Shown here piece after piece: positions 60,781-64,000 of a stretch of DNA of 64,000 nucleotides (within the stretch, counting starts at the first letter, position 1; each line of letters begins with the position of its first letter). The stretch comes from Waterburya sp. (GTDB lineage Bacteria; Cyanobacteriota; Cyanobacteriia; Cyanobacteriales; Xenococcaceae): positions 1,312,001-1,376,000 of the forward strand of contig CBDCJV010000002.1 of the NCBI GenBank assembly GCA_965217895.1, written 5' to 3'. Both the position numbers and the translations under genes were made by a program. The notes under the pieces are model-generated. The model was not told the DNA's origin. It was given only the letters and a program-made list of their open reading frames with translations, and ran no database searches.

Positions 60781-61446
60781 ATGAGTCATTCAAAACAACA
60801 TATCATTGGTTTGGTTTTTTATCCTGGCATGACAGCACTCGATATGCTGGGACCCAATCAAGTTTTCAGTGCGCTTCCAGGTGTCGAACTTCATCGGCTC
60901 TGGAAAACGCTAGACCCGATCGCAACTGATGATGGATTGGTGATTTTGCCAGATACCACCTTTGAAAATTGCCCGCCTTTGGACGTGATTTGTGTCGGGG
61001 GTGGCTTAGAACAGCGTAAATTCGTAGACGATCCAGAGGTGCTGGAATTTTTCCGCAAACAAGGCAGCACTGCAAAGTTTATTACCTCTGTATGTGGCGG
61101 GTCAGAGTTTCTGGCGAAAGCTGGTTTGCTAGAAGGCTATCGAGCAGCAACGCACTGGGGGATGCGCGAACAGCTTGCAAAGTTGGGCGTTGAGGTTGGA
61201 ACCGAGCGCGTCGTCATCGATCGCAATCGAATTACTGGCGGAGGCGTGACAGCGGGGATCGATTTTGGTCTGACGATCGCGAGCATCCTTTGTGGTGAGG
61301 AAACCGCCAAAATTGTTCAACTCTTACTTGAGTACAATCCTGCCCCTCCATTTGATACTGGTTCACCTGAAAAAGCGGGTCCTGAATTGGTCAACAAGGC
61401 AATACTATTGATGCAACAGATATCGAGTTTAGAACTAACAAAATAA
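60781..61446 (+). CDS. DJ-1/PfpI family protein (isonitrile hydratase-like)
   Basis: TALD..GP, TSVC, ATHW, GGVTAGIDF and EYNPAPPF. Confidence 0.9.
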   Translation: MSHSKQHIIGLVFYPGMTALDMLGPNQVFSALPGVELHRLWKTLDPIATDDGLVILPDTTFENCPPLDVICVGGGLEQRKFVDDPEVLEFFRKQGSTAKFITSVCGGSEFLAKAGLLEGYRAATHWGMREQLAKLGVEVGTERVVIDRNRITGGGVTAGIDFGLTIASILCGEETAKIVQLLLEYNPAPPFDTGSPEKAGPELVNKAILLMQQISSLELTK

Positions 61447-61456
61447 GTAAACTGAC

Positions 61457-61885
61457 ATGACTATAAATTCGGAAACGAATTACAATATTTCTGACAGAAG
61501 CTGGATAAAACTTGGCTTTTACGCGATTTCCATCATCTTTAACGTTTGCTTAATTGCTCAGGTATTAACTGTCGGTGTTGCTTACTTTAGCGATCCTGCC
61601 TGGTGGAGTATTCATGTATGGCTCGTGCGGGGGTATAGTGGACTATCCCTAATACTCTTGGCAGGCTCATTAATCGCTCCATTCTCCCACAAAATGCGAT
61701 CGCTTACTGCCAGTCTGCCCGTGTTGCTGGCACTCCAGTTTTGCAGCATTCATCTCAAGACACCTCTTCACCTAGAGGTACTTCATCCTTTGATTGGATT
61801 CACTTTATTCTATATTTCTTCTAGCCTTGTACATCGTGCATCACGTGAACTATTTAACACACCAGAGTCTGTAGCTAAATCTTGA
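61457..61885 (+). CDS. Four-TM membrane protein (DUF6220-like)
   Basis: Q...G.A.F, W..H and LHP pattern. Confidence 0.7.
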   Translation: MTINSETNYNISDRSWIKLGFYAISIIFNVCLIAQVLTVGVAYFSDPAWWSIHVWLVRGYSGLSLILLAGSLIAPFSHKMRSLTASLPVLLALQFCSIHLKTPLHLEVLHPLIGFTLFYISSSLVHRASRELFNTPESVAKS

Positions 61886-61942
61886 GTTTATTTGTACTGA
61901 TGTAAGATCTGAACTATAGCTTATAGCTGGGGCTTTGCCCTC

Positions 61943-62314
61943 TTATCGATCTACAAAACCAACTAGTTTAGTTATTTCCTGATTTTGATTTGTTTCTCCA
62001 AAGAAAATCCCCTTGGTAAAAATATCTCCATTGGGTTGAGTTAGCTGCCAATGGAAGCGGAAAAAACCATGATGGATATCTGGAGCAGAAACTAAGCTAA
62101 TCTTTAAATCAGGAAATTTACTTTTAAACTGATCGATAAAGCCTGAATGTAGTTCCCTCGTTTCAACCAAATCTGGCAGGTGAGAATCGGCATACACACA
62201 ATTAGGGGCAAGAACTTTTTCGATTAAAGATCCTCTTTGTTCGGCATTAGGAGCATTCCAGGCTGCTAAATATTGGCTGATAACCTGTTCAATTTCTGAT
62301 GTTTGATTGCTCAT
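61943..62314 (-). CDS. SnoaL-like / NTF2 family protein
   Basis: YLAAWN, Y.D, HHGFFRFHW and terminal GF. Confidence 0.82.
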   Translation of the reverse strand: MSNQTSEIEQVISQYLAAWNAPNAEQRGSLIEKVLAPNCVYADSHLPDLVETRELHSGFIDQFKSKFPDLKISLVSAPDIHHGFFRFHWQLTQPNGDIFTKGIFFGETNQNQEITKLVGFVDR

Positions 62315-62451
62315 TTTACTCTAGTGATGAAAGCTTACAGCTTAGAGCTTATAACTTAAAGCTAAAAACAAAAACAAACAAAGCTGTTCCAGATTAAAAT
62401 TAAATTATAAAGATACAAAACTTAAAAATCCTAACTTTTATATTTAAGCTT

Positions 62452-63342
62452 ATGACATCGGCGATCGCAATAACTCAAACACCTAAAACCTGGAACTGGA
62501 AAGGACACAATATTACCTATCAGCAGGCAGGAGAAACTGGCGCAGCAGTAGTATTAGTACATGGTTTTGGGGCATCTTGGGGACACTGGCGCAAAAACTT
62601 ACCCGTGTTGGGGGAATCTTGTCGTTGTTATGCGCTCGATCTGATTGGCTTTGGTGGATCTGATAAGCCTCAACCAAGTGCAGAAATTAAATATACCTTT
62701 GAAACCTGGGGAGAACAGCTAGCTGATTTTTGTCGTGAAGTGGTTGGCAGTCCTGCCTTTTTAATTGGTAATTCTATTGGCTGTATTGTAGTCATGCAAA
62801 CGGCGGTAGATCATCCTGAATTGGCTTTAGGTGTGGCAGCGATCGACTGTTCCATTCGGCTTTTACACGATCGCAAAAGAGTTACCCTGCCCTGGTATCG
62901 TAATTATGGCTCTTTAGTTATGCAGCAAGTATTAGGTAATAAGCAAATTGGTAGCTTCTTTTTTAGACAGATTGCCAAACCTAAAGTAGTTCGCAAGATC
63001 TTGCTACAGGCTTATTGTCGCCCCGAAGCAGTTACGGATGAACTGATCGATATTTTGATGAAACCTGCCCAAGATGAAGGCGCAGCGACTGTTTTTCTGG
63101 CTTTTACCCGCTATTCTCAAGGGCCTTTACCTGAAGATCTGCTGCCTCGCCTTGCTTGTCCCACGGTTTTATTATGGGGAACTGAAGATCCTTGGGAACC
63201 TGTAGCTATGGGTAAAGAATTAGCTGCAATATCTACAGTAGACAAGTTTATTCCCTTAAAAGGTTTAGGTCATTGTCCTCAAGATGAAGCCCCAGAAATA
63301 GTTAACCCGATTTTATTAAATTGGATTCAACAGCATCAGTAA
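62452..63342 (+). CDS. Alpha/beta fold hydrolase
   Basis: VHGFGAS, GNSIG, WGTEDPW and GHCPQDE. Confidence 0.94.
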   Translation: MTSAIAITQTPKTWNWKGHNITYQQAGETGAAVVLVHGFGASWGHWRKNLPVLGESCRCYALDLIGFGGSDKPQPSAEIKYTFETWGEQLADFCREVVGSPAFLIGNSIGCIVVMQTAVDHPELALGVAAIDCSIRLLHDRKRVTLPWYRNYGSLVMQQVLGNKQIGSFFFRQIAKPKVVRKILLQAYCRPEAVTDELIDILMKPAQDEGAATVFLAFTRYSQGPLPEDLLPRLACPTVLLWGTEDPWEPVAMGKELAAISTVDKFIPLKGLGHCPQDEAPEIVNPILLNWIQQHQ

Positions 63343-63388
63343 CAATTGATTTTGAGAAACCGCTATATCAACAGAAAATAAGTCTAAT

Positions 63389-63796
63389 ATGCGTGAAAAT
63401 ATTTGGATTTGCTCAATAAGCAAAATATTTCCTTATCTATTTGTATTTACCTGCTTTAGTAATTTAATTTTGCAAAACTCGAAGAGCAATTTCGCGATCG
63501 CTCAAGCGTTACCAAATACCGAATATCAAGTTAATCCCGTGCTAAAACAGTCACAAAACCAACAGCTTGAACCACAAGAACAACTATTAAGAGACAGACA
63601 ACAGCAATTTCAAGAACAGTATCAACAACAATGGAATCAACGACAGCAAGAATGGAAAGATAAGTTTAGAGAGCAACAGCAAGAAAATCAAGACTTGAGA
63701 AGATTAGAAAGAATTCGCCAAGAAAACGACTTTAGAAGACAGCAAGAAATAAACCGTCAGAGACAAGAATTAATTATTCCTCCTCCCAAAAGCTAA
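63389..63796 (+). CDS. Hypothetical Gln/Arg/Glu-rich exported protein
   Basis: Hydrophobic N-terminus ending in AIA-Q, then a low-complexity coiled coil. Confidence 0.6.
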   Translation: MRENIWICSISKIFPYLFVFTCFSNLILQNSKSNFAIAQALPNTEYQVNPVLKQSQNQQLEPQEQLLRDRQQQFQEQYQQQWNQRQQEWKDKFREQQQENQDLRRLERIRQENDFRRQQEINRQRQELIIPPPKS

Positions 63797-63837
63797 TAGC
63801 TACCTTAACAGACTAATCTTGTTAACCCGAACTCATG

Positions 63838-64000
63838 TTACTTAATTGCTGCTTTAGTAATATCTTTCAAGACTCCAGAGACTTTTGCTAAGACTTCATC
63901 GCAGCCATTAATGTTATGACGTTGCTGAAGATATTGAGGAGAGTTGTAAATAACCTGAGTTTGATTATTATCATTCTGCAAAACCAGAATCTTTTGAGGT
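63838..64000 (-). CDS. DUF302-like protein, 3' end only
   Basis: Manual translation PQKILVLQNDNNQTQVIYNSPQYLQQRHNINGCDEVLAKVSGVLKDITKAAIK-stop. Confidence 0.7.
   Translation of the reverse strand, partial: PQKILVLQNDNNQTQVIYNSPQYLQQRHNINGCDEVLAKVSGVLKDITKAAIK

Noticed and set aside
1..64000. CRISPR array, rRNA, tRNA, prophage or intact transposase
   Set aside because: No regularly spaced repeat-spacer units, structural RNA signatures, phage genes or complete transposase ORFs seen; the remaining short ORF-track entries are antisense or off-frame shadows of the listed genes

Overview
A 64 kb stretch of a low-GC cyanobacterial chromosome. Evidence for this is the dense HIP1 octamer GCGATCGC, the phycobilisome genes and the heptamer tandem repeats. 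A Pleurocapsales-like host is my impression only. Most of the window is housekeeping: an exopolysaccharide locus (wzc, phosphodiesterase-family gene, flippase, MBOAT), a cyclophilin, thiL, tig-clpP-clpX, asd-dapA-rnj, pyk, pedR, nblA (missed by the ORF track), cpcS-cpcG, obgE, pgi, a phosphoketolase-like gene and speB. Small accessory cassettes, REP/MITE-like repeats and IS982 scraps sit between these genes. The best candidate for an undescribed system is a three-gene island at about 20.2-24.9 kb. It encodes a stand-alone A-T-TE NRPS-like enzyme whose adenylation pocket has lost the amino-binding Asp and has a rewritten A5 motif, a co-transcribed SAM methyltransferase, and a divergent QueD/PTPS-like (T-fold) protein lacking the usual catalytic Cys. 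Together these suggest a pterin- or deazapurine-linked small-molecule pathway (inference). The second candidate is a His-tailed ferrochelatase paralogue, divergent from a thioredoxin-like [2Fe-2S] ferredoxin, with a CsoR/RcnR/InrS-type operator next to a TATAAT box. Other oddities are a toxin-antitoxin pair bracketed by HIP1-anchored direct repeats, a pseudouridine synthase with no canonical start codon before its S4 domain, an MFS gene split by one amber codon, and a redoxin lacking its CxxC motif. All calls come from motif reading by eye; no database searches were run.
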